A stretch of DNA of 64,000 bases from Thermoanaerobaculia bacterium (GCA_048500095.1 JASNYQ010000001.1:1182696-1246695), one strand, 5' to 3'. Numbered from the stretch's first letter, positions 36,450 to 47,168 are shown. Translations and numbers: made by a program. Notes: a model not told the origin generated them from the sequence alone.

Positions 36450-36802
36450 CAGTAGAAAGGCATCGGATCGCTGCAGGCGGCCTCTACGGCGCTGGTCAGC
36501 TGGCCTGCAGTGGGTGGATCTCCAGGACCGGTGCTTGGGCTGGTGTCCTCCAATTGACCCGCCACGTGGAGCCCCTCATGAATTAGGAGCGTTGCAGCGA
36601 AGGACGTCGCGAAACCCGCGAACCGGTCGCAGAGGAAGATCACACGATCATGGTTGCAGCAGGTGGTCCAGGCCCCCGTGGTGGGATTCTCACACGGCTT
36701 GACGTTGCTGCCGTGGGTAACACCCTCGCCGCGCCGGAAGACAACATACCCATTCAAGATCTCAACGCCGCTCATGCCAAGCGGCGAGTTGTCGAACAGC
36801 AT
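36449..36802 (-). CDS. small HExxH-motif protein (putative metallopeptidase-like, 117 aa)
   Basis: Sits at the low-coordinate end of a longer spurious ORF. Lower local GC. LLIHEGLHVAG motif. Several Cys. Confidence 0.35.
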   Translation of the reverse strand: MLFDNSPLGMSGVEILNGYVVFRRGEGVTHGSNVKPCENPTTGAWTTCCNHDRVIFLCDRFAGFATSFAATLLIHEGLHVAGQLEDTSPSTGPGDPPTAGQLTSAVEAACSDPMPFY

Positions 36803-36820
36803 CGAGCTGCTCCGAGGTGC

Positions 36821-36900
36821 CATGCGACTTGCGACGGCATCGCGCTGCTCTTCAGGTGTTCTTCGGGTGCTCTTCAGGTGCCATGCGATCTGCGCCAGAT
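36821..36900. repeat. two REP-like copies (AGGTGCCATGCGACTTGCG, AGGTGCCATGCGATCTGCG) with GTGYTCTTCRG tandem between
   Basis: Read directly. Forward orientation, immediately upstream of the HUH transposase-like gene. Confidence 0.75.
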
Positions 36901-36928
36901 TCAAGGGGGCGATGGCGTCTTCGAAGGC

Positions 36929-37858
36929 ATGCCACGCCGAATCCGCTTCGTGCCCCCCGGAGGCGCGCTCGTCGAGGTGACCTGCCGGACTCTCCAAGCC
37001 CGCCTCCTCCTGCGCCCCTCGCCCCTCCTTCGCGACATCACCCTCGGCGTTCTCGGCCGCGCCCAGCGGCAGACCGGGGTTGCGATCCACGCCTTCGTCT
37101 TCCTCTCCACCCACCACCACCTCCTCGTCTCCGTCTCGGACGCCGCCCAGCTTGCTAGGTTCGTCGGCTACCTCAACTCCAACCTCGCCCGCGAGCTCGG
37201 CCGGATGCACGCCTGTCGGGAGAAGTTCTGGGGCCGCCGCTATCAGGCCATCCTGGTCAGCGACGAGGAGGCCTCCCAGGTCGAGCGCCTCCTCTACCTC
37301 GCCCGCCACGGCTGCAAGGAGGGCTTGGTCTCCGACCCTCTGGACTGGCCCGGAGCCACCAGCTGGCAGGCGATGCTGGACGGAAGGCCGCTCGAGGGCA
37401 CCTGGTTCGATCGCACGGCGGAGAGCTTGGCGACGCGGAAGGGGGTCGAGTTCGGGGCCCGGGACTTCGCCAGCGCGGAGACCGTGGTGCTCGCACCGCT
37501 CCCGGCCTGGGCGCACCTCGAGCCCGAAGTCCAGCGGGAGCGGCTGCGGGAGCTCCTCGATCTCGCCCGGGCCGAGGCCGCGGCGATGCGCGAGGAGACC
37601 GGGCGCGAGCCCCTGGGCCGCGAAGCCGTGACACGGCAGGACCCTCATGGATCGCCGCTGCGGAGGAAGAAAGGTCCGGCGCCGCTGGTGCATGCGGCGA
37701 GCCGCGAGGTGCGAAGAGCTTACCGGGAGGCGTACCGTCTCTTCACGGCCGCCTACCACCGCGCGGCCGAGGCCCTGCGGGCCGGGATCGCCACCGTCGT
37801 CTTTCCCGAGGGTTGCTTCCCTCCACCTGGGCCGTTCCAGCGGCCGGCAACGGCCTGA
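36929..37858 (+). CDS. IS200/RayT-like HUH (Y1) transposase homologue with ~170-aa C-terminal extension
   Basis: IHAFVFLSTHHHLLV (HUH). FWGRRYQAILV...LLYLARHG resembles the catalytic-Tyr region of TnpA_REP/COG1943. The first conserved YHV is degenerate (VEV). Confidence 0.5.
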   Translation: MPRRIRFVPPGGALVEVTCRTLQARLLLRPSPLLRDITLGVLGRAQRQTGVAIHAFVFLSTHHHLLVSVSDAAQLARFVGYLNSNLARELGRMHACREKFWGRRYQAILVSDEEASQVERLLYLARHGCKEGLVSDPLDWPGATSWQAMLDGRPLEGTWFDRTAESLATRKGVEFGARDFASAETVVLAPLPAWAHLEPEVQRERLRELLDLARAEAAAMREETGREPLGREAVTRQDPHGSPLRRKKGPAPLVHAASREVRRAYREAYRLFTAAYHRAAEALRAGIATVVFPEGCFPPPGPFQRPATA

Positions 37859-38050
37859 GAGCAGCTTCTACCGAACCGACTTCCTCCCATCCACCAGGGG
37901 CGACTTGCGCCCGAACGGTAACGCGCACAAGCAACGACACTCGGTAGACCGATCTGACGCGGCACGCTTTGGCCCCAATCTGGCCCTGTCTCCCGCATGT
38001 CCGGCCGCGGCGCAGGCTTCGGGGTCAACGCGCGACATGCGCAACCGAGC

Positions 38051-38170
38051 CAGGCCTGGAAATCGCATGGCACCCTTTCGGCACCCTCTCGGCACCCTCT
38101 CGGCGCCGGCTATCCGGACGTGTCGGAAGTCGCCTGGCACCCTCTCGGCGCACCCTGCTCGCGCCCGACT
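38051..38170. repeat. REP-like copies in reverse orientation (AATCGCATGGCACCC, AAGTCGCCTGGCACCC) with GGCACCCTYTC x3 tandem
   Basis: Read directly. Inverted relative to the 36821..36900 copies, so the pair flanks the transposase-like gene. Confidence 0.75.
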
Positions 38171-38265
38171 CCCACAACCACGAGCCCCGGCTCGTCACGG
38201 GAAACCACCGTCCCTTGACAGGAACGCCTTCAATGAGTGGCACCCTCTCCAGCAGGCGAGGATTT

Positions 38266-38556
38266 CTATCGTCTTAAGGCATTTCCAAGGCGAGAAAGCA
38301 GCCACGCCACGAAGCCGAGCGCCGCGCCAACCACCGAGGCCGCCAGGCCGCTGTACAAGACAGCTGCCGGGATCCACATCCATCTTGGGCCAGGCGGCGC
38401 CTCACTCCAGCAGAACAAGAACCACAAAAAGAATCCAGCGATAAAGCCAAGCGCGGGCACGACCCTGGGCAAAGACACCGGTTGCCGACGAAGCACCAAC
38501 CAGGCCAGTAGACTCGGAAGTCCAAGGGCCATCACCAGCAGAGAGAAGTCTCGCAT
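38266..38556 (-). CDS. small 3-TM membrane protein, candidate RHS-toxin immunity protein
   Basis: ATG overlaps the RHS stop (TGATG). 96 aa, low GC, hydrophobic. Confidence 0.5.
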   Translation of the reverse strand: MRDFSLLVMALGLPSLLAWLVLRRQPVSLPRVVPALGFIAGFFLWFLFCWSEAPPGPRWMWIPAAVLYSGLAASVVGAALGFVAWLLSRLGNALRR

Positions 38557-40518
38557 CAGAAGTCCACCCCTCTACGCAACCGTCTTATGAGTTGCCTCAT
38601 GAAGAACCGAGTCAGGCGCTCCATCTGCTTATCGCGCTCGGAGCAGGGATCATAAGTGTCCGTCCAGGTCGCTTGGGCTTCATAGTCGAAACCCCAGTGG
38701 CTGAAAAACTCTAGACGAAGGGCGTGGCCGCCCAAGAACCACTTCCGACCAGCGTGCGAGAACGTGTCCTGCAGCTCATGGAGGTGCTCACCAAATGCTC
38801 GAAGATCTGCCGCTTCTATCGCATCATAGAGGTCGCGTTCGACATCCACCCTTTCGCGGAAATGCCGCCAGCCCTGAAATGGGTTGAAGGGGTGCTTCCA
38901 GCCGTGGTCCATTCCTTCATTGTAGGAAGCAATCATGTCGGCCTGGAATGGCGAGAAGTCTTCCTGAAGCGCCCAAGTGTGCGTCTTGTGAAGATGAAGC
39001 TCGGTTCTATAGAGGCCTGATGGGTCCTTGGAATTGACTGGATCGTTGGCGGAATACTCAAACAGACCAGCTGATCCGCCTTCGAACCCAATCGGATCCT
39101 TCGCCGTCCACCTCCCCACCTCCGGGTCGTAGTCCCGCGCCCCGAACCGCACGAGCCCGGTCTGGGGGTCGTAGAGCCCTCCAGCGAACCCGAACGGCTG
39201 CCAGCCCGGATTCGAGTCGTAGGTGATCCGGCCCCAGGCGTCGTAGTCCAGCCGCTGCACGACCGCCCCGCTGGTGGCGTCCACCACCAGCCGCACGCTG
39301 CCCAGGTGGTCGGTGAGCATCCGGTAGGTCGTGCCGCCCGCTACCAGGTAGTCCGGTACGTGCCCCTGCGTCCCGTACACGAACGTCTTCGTGACCGCCC
39401 CCGTCCCGTCCGTCTCCGCCGCCGGCGCGAGGCCCCCGGCGTAGAGCCAGCCCTGCGTCAGCACCCCGTCGACCCGCTTGCCGATCCGCCGGCCCGAGGC
39501 GTCCACCAGGTACTCGATCGCGATCCCGTCTGGCAACTCCACCCCGAGCAGCGACCCGCGGATGTCGTAGGCGTACGAGGTGGTCTCCGGCCCCGCGCTC
39601 TCGGTCAGCCGCTCGCCGTTTGCCGTATAGGTGAAGGCCTTGGCGCCCGCCGTGAGCTGCCGGTCCTGCGCGTCGTAGGTCGCCACCCCCGAGCCCCAGA
39701 AGTCGCTCCAGCTCGTGCGGTTCCCGTTGCCGTCGTAGCCGTAGCTCGCGACCGGCACCCCGTCTCTCCGCACCTCCGTCAGCCACCCCCGCTCCGGGTG
39801 GTAGCCATACTCCCACACCGCGGTCACCCCGCCGATCGTCTCCGTCCGCCGCGTGATCCGGCCCCCCGCATCCCGGTCCAGGTCGTAGGCGTACGCCACC
39901 GACCCGCCGATCCGCGCCGTGAAGACGTCCAGCTCCCCGAACCCCGTCCGCGTCCGCTCCTCCGAGGTCACCCCCAGCGCCGTCGTCGCGAGCCACCCGC
40001 TCGCCGCCTCCCGGCCGAGGTCGAGCTCCCCGGCCCGCACCAGCAGGCCGTCGGGGTCGTACTCGTACGCCACAGGAGCGCCCCCCGCCACCGTCCGCCC
40101 GGCCAGCCGCAGGTCCGCGTCGTAGCTGAAGCCGATCGCGCCCGCGACCGGGCCCGACGTGGCGATCGAGGTGAGAAGCGGCCCCTCGTACCCGAAGGTG
40201 CTCTGGAAGCCGCCCGGCGCCGCGACCGTGCTCACCCGGCCGCTCGCCGCGTCGTAGGAGAGGTCCACCACCCCGGTCGGCAGCGTCACGAAGTCGAGAC
40301 GCCCGCTCGGCTCGTAGCTCGGGAGCAGCTCCTGACCGTCCGGCCGCGTCACCGCCGTCAGCTGCCCGTCGGCGTTGTAGGCATACCTCGTGTGCCGCGG
40401 CGCGAAGCCCGCCTCCGGAGGGGTGTACGTGTCCACCAGGTCGGCGGGTGTGTAGCCGAAGTCGTGCGGTGGACGCGTCGGTGGGGTGATCGAGGCGGTT
40501 CGAAAATCGCCCAGCACC
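38556..40518 (-). CDS. RHS/YD-repeat protein, 5'-truncated, with RHS core (DPxGL) and unassigned C-terminal toxin domain
   Basis: YD repeats (YAYDxxGrL) begin near aa 165 of the ORF. Core motif ARDYDPEVGRWTAKDPIGFEGGSAGLFEYSANDPVNSKDPSGL. The last ~150 aa are low GC and His-rich. The ORF's first ~160 aa are Arg/Ser junk, and GTG at 40518 is the likely start. Confidence 0.7.
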
Positions 40519-40569
40519 CTATCGGCGCCCTCTCGGTTCGGCGCAGTTAGGTCCTCTCTCGGGCGCCCT

Positions 40570-41265
40570 TCACGGGGGCCCCGGCTGCACTTGCAGGACC
40601 ATCTCGCGCAACTCGGCATCGGTCCGCGCGGTGCGTTCTTCCACGATGAGCTCAGGCTCGAGAAGCAGAACGGGGTCGTGGTAGCGGAACTCGCGGGGTG
40701 GTTCTCCCGGTTGATACTCCGGCAGCATGAAGTACGCCTTGTAGTCCATAGTCCGGCCTTCCAGAGTGACGCGCGAATCAAACGCGATAATCGCCTCCGG
40801 AGTCTGGACTTCTCGCCCGGCCTCTCGATGGTACTGGAAGATAGCCTCGACGGTGAGCTTGGCCGCTTCTTCGCCCTCCGCGTCGGGGGCAGTGTTCGTG
40901 ATCCAACGCGCCGCGAACGAGATGCCCAGCGGCTGCCCGTTGAGCGAGCGCGTCGAAACGGTGATCCCGATCGAATGGCTCGGAGCAACGGTGAGGACGT
41001 CGCTCAGGTTGGCCTTTCCGAACTCGCTCTTCGGAATGACCCGGACGTTCGAGATGTCGATCGTCAGAGGCGTTCCGGTCGCGGTCACCTGGCGCTCGTG
41101 GCGGGCGTAGACCTCCCGCACGAGAGCCTCAGCGCTCAGCGCCTCGCCTGAACCTGCTACCGGGCTCGGCACCTCGGCGAGCGAGGCGCCGACCAAAGAG
41201 AGCAGGGCGACAACCCCATGTGTGAGACCAACCCATAATCTCTGTCTCTCTCCACGCTTCGACAC
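40570..41265 (-). CDS. secreted hypothetical protein (232 aa)
   Basis: GTG start gives MSKRGERQRLWVGLTHGVVALLSLVGASLA signal peptide. Lower GC. Confidence 0.45.
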   Translation of the reverse strand: MSKRGERQRLWVGLTHGVVALLSLVGASLAEVPSPVAGSGEALSAEALVREVYARHERQVTATGTPLTIDISNVRVIPKSEFGKANLSDVLTVAPSHSIGITVSTRSLNGQPLGISFAARWITNTAPDAEGEEAAKLTVEAIFQYHREAGREVQTPEAIIAFDSRVTLEGRTMDYKAYFMLPEYQPGEPPREFRYHDPVLLLEPELIVEERTARTDAELREMVLQVQPGPP

Positions 41266-41289
41266 AACCCCTGACGACCACCGCTGCGA

Positions 41290-41460
41290 CTGAAGATCGC
41301 CTGGCACCCTTTCAGGCAGCACCTCCCCCTGTCGCCCCTCATGCCGGGGGCAAGGCGCACCCCTGAGGGTCTGTACCTGACCTTCACGACCGAATCCGGC
41401 CTGCAAATCGCCTGGCACCTTCTTAGCACCTTCTTACACCTTCTTACACCTTCTTAGCTC
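41290..41460. repeat. two REP-like copies (reverse orientation) and CACCTTCTTA x4 tandem
   Basis: GATCGCCTGGCACCC at ~41296 and AATCGCCTGGCACC at ~41408. Perfect 10-bp tandem at 41417..41456. Confidence 0.8.
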
Positions 41461-41467
41461 TCACAAA

Positions 41468-41980
41468 CTACTCAGGTCGGCTGCCGACCTCTCGCCCAGC
41501 ACTCTCCAGCCACTCGTTCGTCCTTCCCTTTCCCGCGTATCCCCTGAGGATCATCGGATCCGCATCAGCGGTCCGGACGGCAACGAGCGTCGGAAAGCCC
41601 TGGACGCTGAAGCGGCGCTGCAGCTCCTCAACCTCCTTCGCGTTTTGCCCCTCCTCGAACTCGCGATCGACTACGCGAACCGCGACAAACCTGGCATTGA
41701 CCAACTCAGAGGTCTTCCCATTTCGGAACACCTCCCTCTCGAGCTGCGCGCAGGGTCCACACCAGTCCGCCGTGAACCAGAAGAGAAGCGGCTTCCCCGA
41801 ATCCGCCTGCCCCTCCATAGCAGCGACTGGCTCCTGCCACCTGACAAGGTCCGGGGCTCTCGACGGGTTTCGGTACTCGAGAACCCCACTCATCACACGT
41901 CCAAACAGAAGCAGGCCGGCCAGCACCAGCATCCATTTCGGGACCGCCCGGCTCGAACCCGCGACCTCAGCGCTGCGCAT
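41468..41980 (-). CDS. membrane-anchored thioredoxin-like thiol:disulfide oxidoreductase
   Basis: WCGPC active site. N-terminal TM anchor. Confidence 0.7.
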   Translation of the reverse strand: MRSAEVAGSSRAVPKWMLVLAGLLLFGRVMSGVLEYRNPSRAPDLVRWQEPVAAMEGQADSGKPLLFWFTADWCGPCAQLEREVFRNGKTSELVNARFVAVRVVDREFEEGQNAKEVEELQRRFSVQGFPTLVAVRTADADPMILRGYAGKGRTNEWLESAGREVGSRPE

Positions 41981-42686
41981 AGGACAGCTCGCGTCGGTTG
42001 ATCAGGCAAATGGCACCCACAAGGCAGAGGGTGATGGTAGAGAAAAAGGACAGCACCGAATAGAGCGAGAGAGAGCCTACGCCCAGTGTCTCGCCAAGAT
42101 CGAGCATCGGGCAGAAGAAGCGCACTCCCTCCTCCCCCATGCGCGACCCAACCGGCCAACGATGTGACGCACCAAGGCCACGCAGCAATGAACACCCCGC
42201 CCAGGCAACGATCCACAGCACCCAATCACCCTGCTCGCTTACGACAGTTGAAACAAGCACAAGCACGGCAGCCACTGCAATCGCGATCAGCGCTCCATTG
42301 CCCAGCGCGAGGGCGAGCGCTCCGGCGGATGGCTGTGACCCAACCGTCATGAGGACGACCGCGCTCGTCAACACCCCGACGCTGTACAGCGCAGCGGCAA
42401 GGACTCCTGTCCCGAGCCACCTCCCCAGGACATAGCTGGCGCGGCGCACTGGTCGGGTGAAGATCAGGAGGAGAGCTCCTGTCCGGGCGTCCTGACCGAT
42501 TACGCCCGCACCGACGACAAGAACGAAGAGAGCACCGAACCCACCGTGCTGAAGGCGCGCCAGACCATGCTCTGGCGCGATCAGAACCCAGCCCCACTGG
42601 GCCACAATCACCGCGAGTGCCAGTGCCATGCGAAAGGGCGCGACCAGGCGCTCGCGAACGAAGGCGCGTGCGAATGTGGCGGTCAT
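41967..42686 (-). CDS. ABC-2 type transporter permease
   Basis: 6 TM helices. Overlaps the ATPase stop. Confidence 0.6.
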   Translation of the reverse strand: MTATFARAFVRERLVAPFRMALALAVIVAQWGWVLIAPEHGLARLQHGGFGALFVLVVGAGVIGQDARTGALLLIFTRPVRRASYVLGRWLGTGVLAAALYSVGVLTSAVVLMTVGSQPSAGALALALGNGALIAIAVAAVLVLVSTVVSEQGDWVLWIVAWAGCSLLRGLGASHRWPVGSRMGEEGVRFFCPMLDLGETLGVGSLSLYSVLSFFSTITLCLVGAICLINRRELSYAQR

Positions 42687-43690
42687 GCCTTCTCTCTGTC
42701 GGATCGGCTCTCGTCAAACAACCACTCTAGCCGGGGGGCCTCCGCCTGCGCCGCCAAGATCCGCACTCCAGCCTCGTGAAGGGCGGCGAGCAAGGCAGCA
42801 CGGTCGTTCGCCGCCTCGACAAGGAAGCGCGCACCAGCTGAGTCGCTGCTTTCTAAACGGACATTCACTCTGGACGCGATCTCGCTGAGGCGCTCCGGCG
42901 CCGGCCGCTCGGAATCGGACGAGTGTGACCACTCAACTCGGATTACTCCGGGCCCTTCCGAACGCAATGCGGTGTCGAAGAGCGACTCGAGGCGGCCACT
43001 TCGAAGAAATGCTACCCGATCGCAGATCCGTTCAACTTCCTCGAGGCGATGCGAGTTCATGACCAGTGTGGTGCCCCTGGCCTTCAGATGGAGCAGACAC
43101 TCGCGCATTGCCATGACGCCAGCGGGGTCCACGCCCGATGTGAATTCGTCGAGGAACAGGATGTCAGGATCGGGAAGGAGCGCCTGCGCGATCAAGAGGC
43201 GCTGTTGCATACCCTTCGAGAAGTGCGCCACTCTTCTCCTTACGGCTGCTTCGCTCAATCCTGCAATCCCAATGACTCTCGTGATGTTTGCGGCCACTTC
43301 TTCCCGCGGCAGGCCAGAGAGCTTGTGGTGCCACTCCAGGAAGCGCCACCCTGTCGTCCAGCGATCGAACTGGAAGCGCTCGGGGACGTAGCCGACCCGC
43401 CGCAGCACACGAAGGTCACTCGGGGCAAAGCCGCCAATTCGGACCTCGCCTTCGTCCGGACGAAGCAACCCGAGCAGGCAGCCCATGAGGGTTGTCTTTC
43501 CGGCGCCGTTCGCACCAATGACACCCATTGCTTCTCCGGGACGAACCGTCAACGTCACGCCGTCGAGCGCACGGCGCCGAGGATGTCCGAAACTCTTCGA
43601 GAGGCCGCTGGCAGTAACCCCCATTGGCTCGGGCCGCCGACCGCCGTCCACTACGACAGGGTCGGGATTCGTCGCTTGATGAACAGACAT
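42683..43690 (-). CDS. ABC transporter ATP-binding protein
   Basis: GANGAGKTT Walker A, FSKGMQQRL signature, ILFLDEFTSGVD Walker B. Start chosen at MSVHQ. Confidence 0.8.
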   Translation of the reverse strand: MSVHQATNPDPVVVDGGRRPEPMGVTASGLSKSFGHPRRRALDGVTLTVRPGEAMGVIGANGAGKTTLMGCLLGLLRPDEGEVRIGGFAPSDLRVLRRVGYVPERFQFDRWTTGWRFLEWHHKLSGLPREEVAANITRVIGIAGLSEAAVRRRVAHFSKGMQQRLLIAQALLPDPDILFLDEFTSGVDPAGVMAMRECLLHLKARGTTLVMNSHRLEEVERICDRVAFLRSGRLESLFDTALRSEGPGVIRVEWSHSSDSERPAPERLSEIASRVNVRLESSDSAGARFLVEAANDRAALLAALHEAGVRILAAQAEAPRLEWLFDESRSDREKA

Positions 43691-43817
43691 TATGGTTAGG
43701 AGAGAAGGTCCAGGGATCCCATCATCAGACCACCCCCCTCGCACCGACCTCCCTCGGCGCGAGGGGGGTTCGCCCGCAGAGCACGCCCTCAGGGGCCATG
43801 CCGATCTCTACGGCATC

Positions 43818-44456
43818 CTAGTAGCAACGTCCCTGGCCCGGCCCACCCCCGTTACAGGAGGTACCGCAGTCAAGCCACCCCCCACCTCCGAACACACAAC
43901 CCCAGTAGCAGGCGGCGTAGGCGCCGCACTCCCAGATGTTCTCGGGGTTCGGGCCCACCGAATCAACGGAATAGTGTACCAAGGCTAGCTGTACTTGCAG
44001 GATGGACACCATCTCTTCGCTCGTCGTGAGGCCGACAAGACCCGGAAGCACGCTCGATCGCAGCTGAGTCAACAGCGTCCCGTTCATCTGACTGAAGGCT
44101 CTCTCAACTACGTGCGGTACCGCCTGGCTGCCTCCCGCGAGTTCGAGAACGAGGATCGGCGGGAATCTCGAAGTCATAAGACCATGCTGGTAGCTTACTG
44201 AGATCGAAGTTGCGCCGGGATCATCGCTCGGGACAACCAGGAACTCGATCACCTCGTCGCCGAGTCGGTAGGCTGAGAAGTAGTGCTCCTCGCTGCCAAC
44301 CGTGATCGTCGTCGAAAACTCGACACCGTTGTACTCTCCGAAGAACTGCTTCGCCGACGCCTGGCATTTCCCCTGAGCCAACGCCTCCGCGGCCCCCCAG
44401 AAGAGGAGACAAGACACCAGAGCACACATGACAACCGAACCAGTGAGTCTCTTCAT
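43818..44456 (-). CDS. secreted protein with Cys/Gly-rich C-terminal tail
   Basis: Sec signal peptide. ~50% GC. C-terminus WECGAYAACYWGCVFGGGGWLDCGTSCNGGGPGQGRCY with 7 Cys. Confidence 0.5.
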   Translation of the reverse strand: MKRLTGSVVMCALVSCLLFWGAAEALAQGKCQASAKQFFGEYNGVEFSTTITVGSEEHYFSAYRLGDEVIEFLVVPSDDPGATSISVSYQHGLMTSRFPPILVLELAGGSQAVPHVVERAFSQMNGTLLTQLRSSVLPGLVGLTTSEEMVSILQVQLALVHYSVDSVGPNPENIWECGAYAACYWGCVFGGGGWLDCGTSCNGGGPGQGRCY

Positions 44457-44824
44457 AGTTCATCCTCCGTTCATGCTGCGGTTAAGAGCTGAGCCGGGTT
44501 GAGAGGCGCGGATCTCAGCTCGTGATTGAGTGGAGCAAGCTGGCGGTTCTTCTCGACTTCATCGGCACTCGTTCCAGTCTGAGCAGAGAGACCAACCACT
44601 CGGACGACAGGCCCCCTTGGTCCTGCAGAGTCTCGGTTTCGCCCAGAAGAAGGCACCCGAATCTGTCGCAAGCGCTTCGCTCAGCAGGCTCACTTCGATC
44701 TCCTCTTCTGTGATCCATTCCACTTGCAAGGTTCAACCCGGCTGCTATCGTCCATGTCATCGAGGACTCACTGGGTCTACTTACTAGACCCGCGAAATGG
44801 CCGGAGGGTGGACAGGGGGGAGGC

Positions 44825-45382
44825 ATGTGCCAGAACGGATCGGCTTCGAGCGAGCAGCCCTTCGTCGAAGGGCGCGAGGACGCGGAGGAACTCGCGCGAC
44901 TCCTTGCAGAGGTGCAGCCGGCGCTCCTGCGCCTCGGAGCGCGGAGGGGCCTCGGCCGGGAGGACTGCGAGGACGCGCTGCAGGAGACGCTGATGCGTTT
45001 CCATCAGGCGCAGGGGAGGGTGGCCAACCCGGTGGCTTGGCTGCACACCGTGATGCACCGGGAGTGCCTGCGTCTTCTCGGCCGCCGGCAGTTCGAACGG
45101 GAGGAGACGGCCGAGCGGGTGCTCGAGATGCGCGCGCGCGTGGACAGCGGCTTCGCGCAGCGGCTCCACCGCGTCGACCTCGGCCGGCTCCTCGGCCGCC
45201 TCCGCGCGCGCGAGCGCCGCCTGTTGCTGCTCTTCTACTTCGCGGGGGTGGAGGCGCGGGAGGTGGCGCGGCGGATCGGGTGCCGCACCTCCAGCCTCAA
45301 GCGGCTGCTCGCGCGGGCTCGCGAGGCGGCGCGGTCGGCGCTGCGCGAGACGGGATCGGTCCGCTCGCCGACCGAGGAGTGA
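44825..45382 (+). CDS. ECF-family RNA polymerase sigma factor
   Basis: Region 2 (EDALQETLMRFHQA) and a region 4 HTH (LLLLFYFAGVEAREVARRIGCRTSSLKRLLARAR). Confidence 0.75.
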   Translation: MCQNGSASSEQPFVEGREDAEELARLLAEVQPALLRLGARRGLGREDCEDALQETLMRFHQAQGRVANPVAWLHTVMHRECLRLLGRRQFEREETAERVLEMRARVDSGFAQRLHRVDLGRLLGRLRARERRLLLLFYFAGVEAREVARRIGCRTSSLKRLLARAREAARSALRETGSVRSPTEE

Positions 45383-45497
45383 GGTCCGGCGCCGCCAGAG
45401 GCTGGCCGCCAGGGGCGGCGGCCGCTACGTGCTGCGGCGTTCGTAGCGGCCGGACCCGTGCCGGCCAGCCTTCAGGGAGAACCGCGAGAGGGCCGGT

Positions 45498-47168
<1,671 letters not shown>

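Noticed and set aside
37868-38265. Short ORFs (102, 106, 90, 73 aa) in the tnpA-to-immunity intergenic region
   Set aside because: They overlap the REP-like/tandem repeat cluster on both strands, with no motifs and biased composition. Most likely non-coding.
40519-40988. N-terminal ~160 codons of the 38556..40988 ORF (MLRAIRSGSPFRRARS...)
   Set aside because: Low-complexity Arg/Ser translation. It overlaps the secreted-protein gene 40570..41265 in another frame. The RHS repeats only begin after ~40518.
43995-44201. Small + strand ORFs (68-98 aa) inside the low-GC region opposite the Cys-rich protein gene
   Set aside because: Antisense to a gene with a clear signal peptide and Cys-rich tail. 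No start context or motifs.
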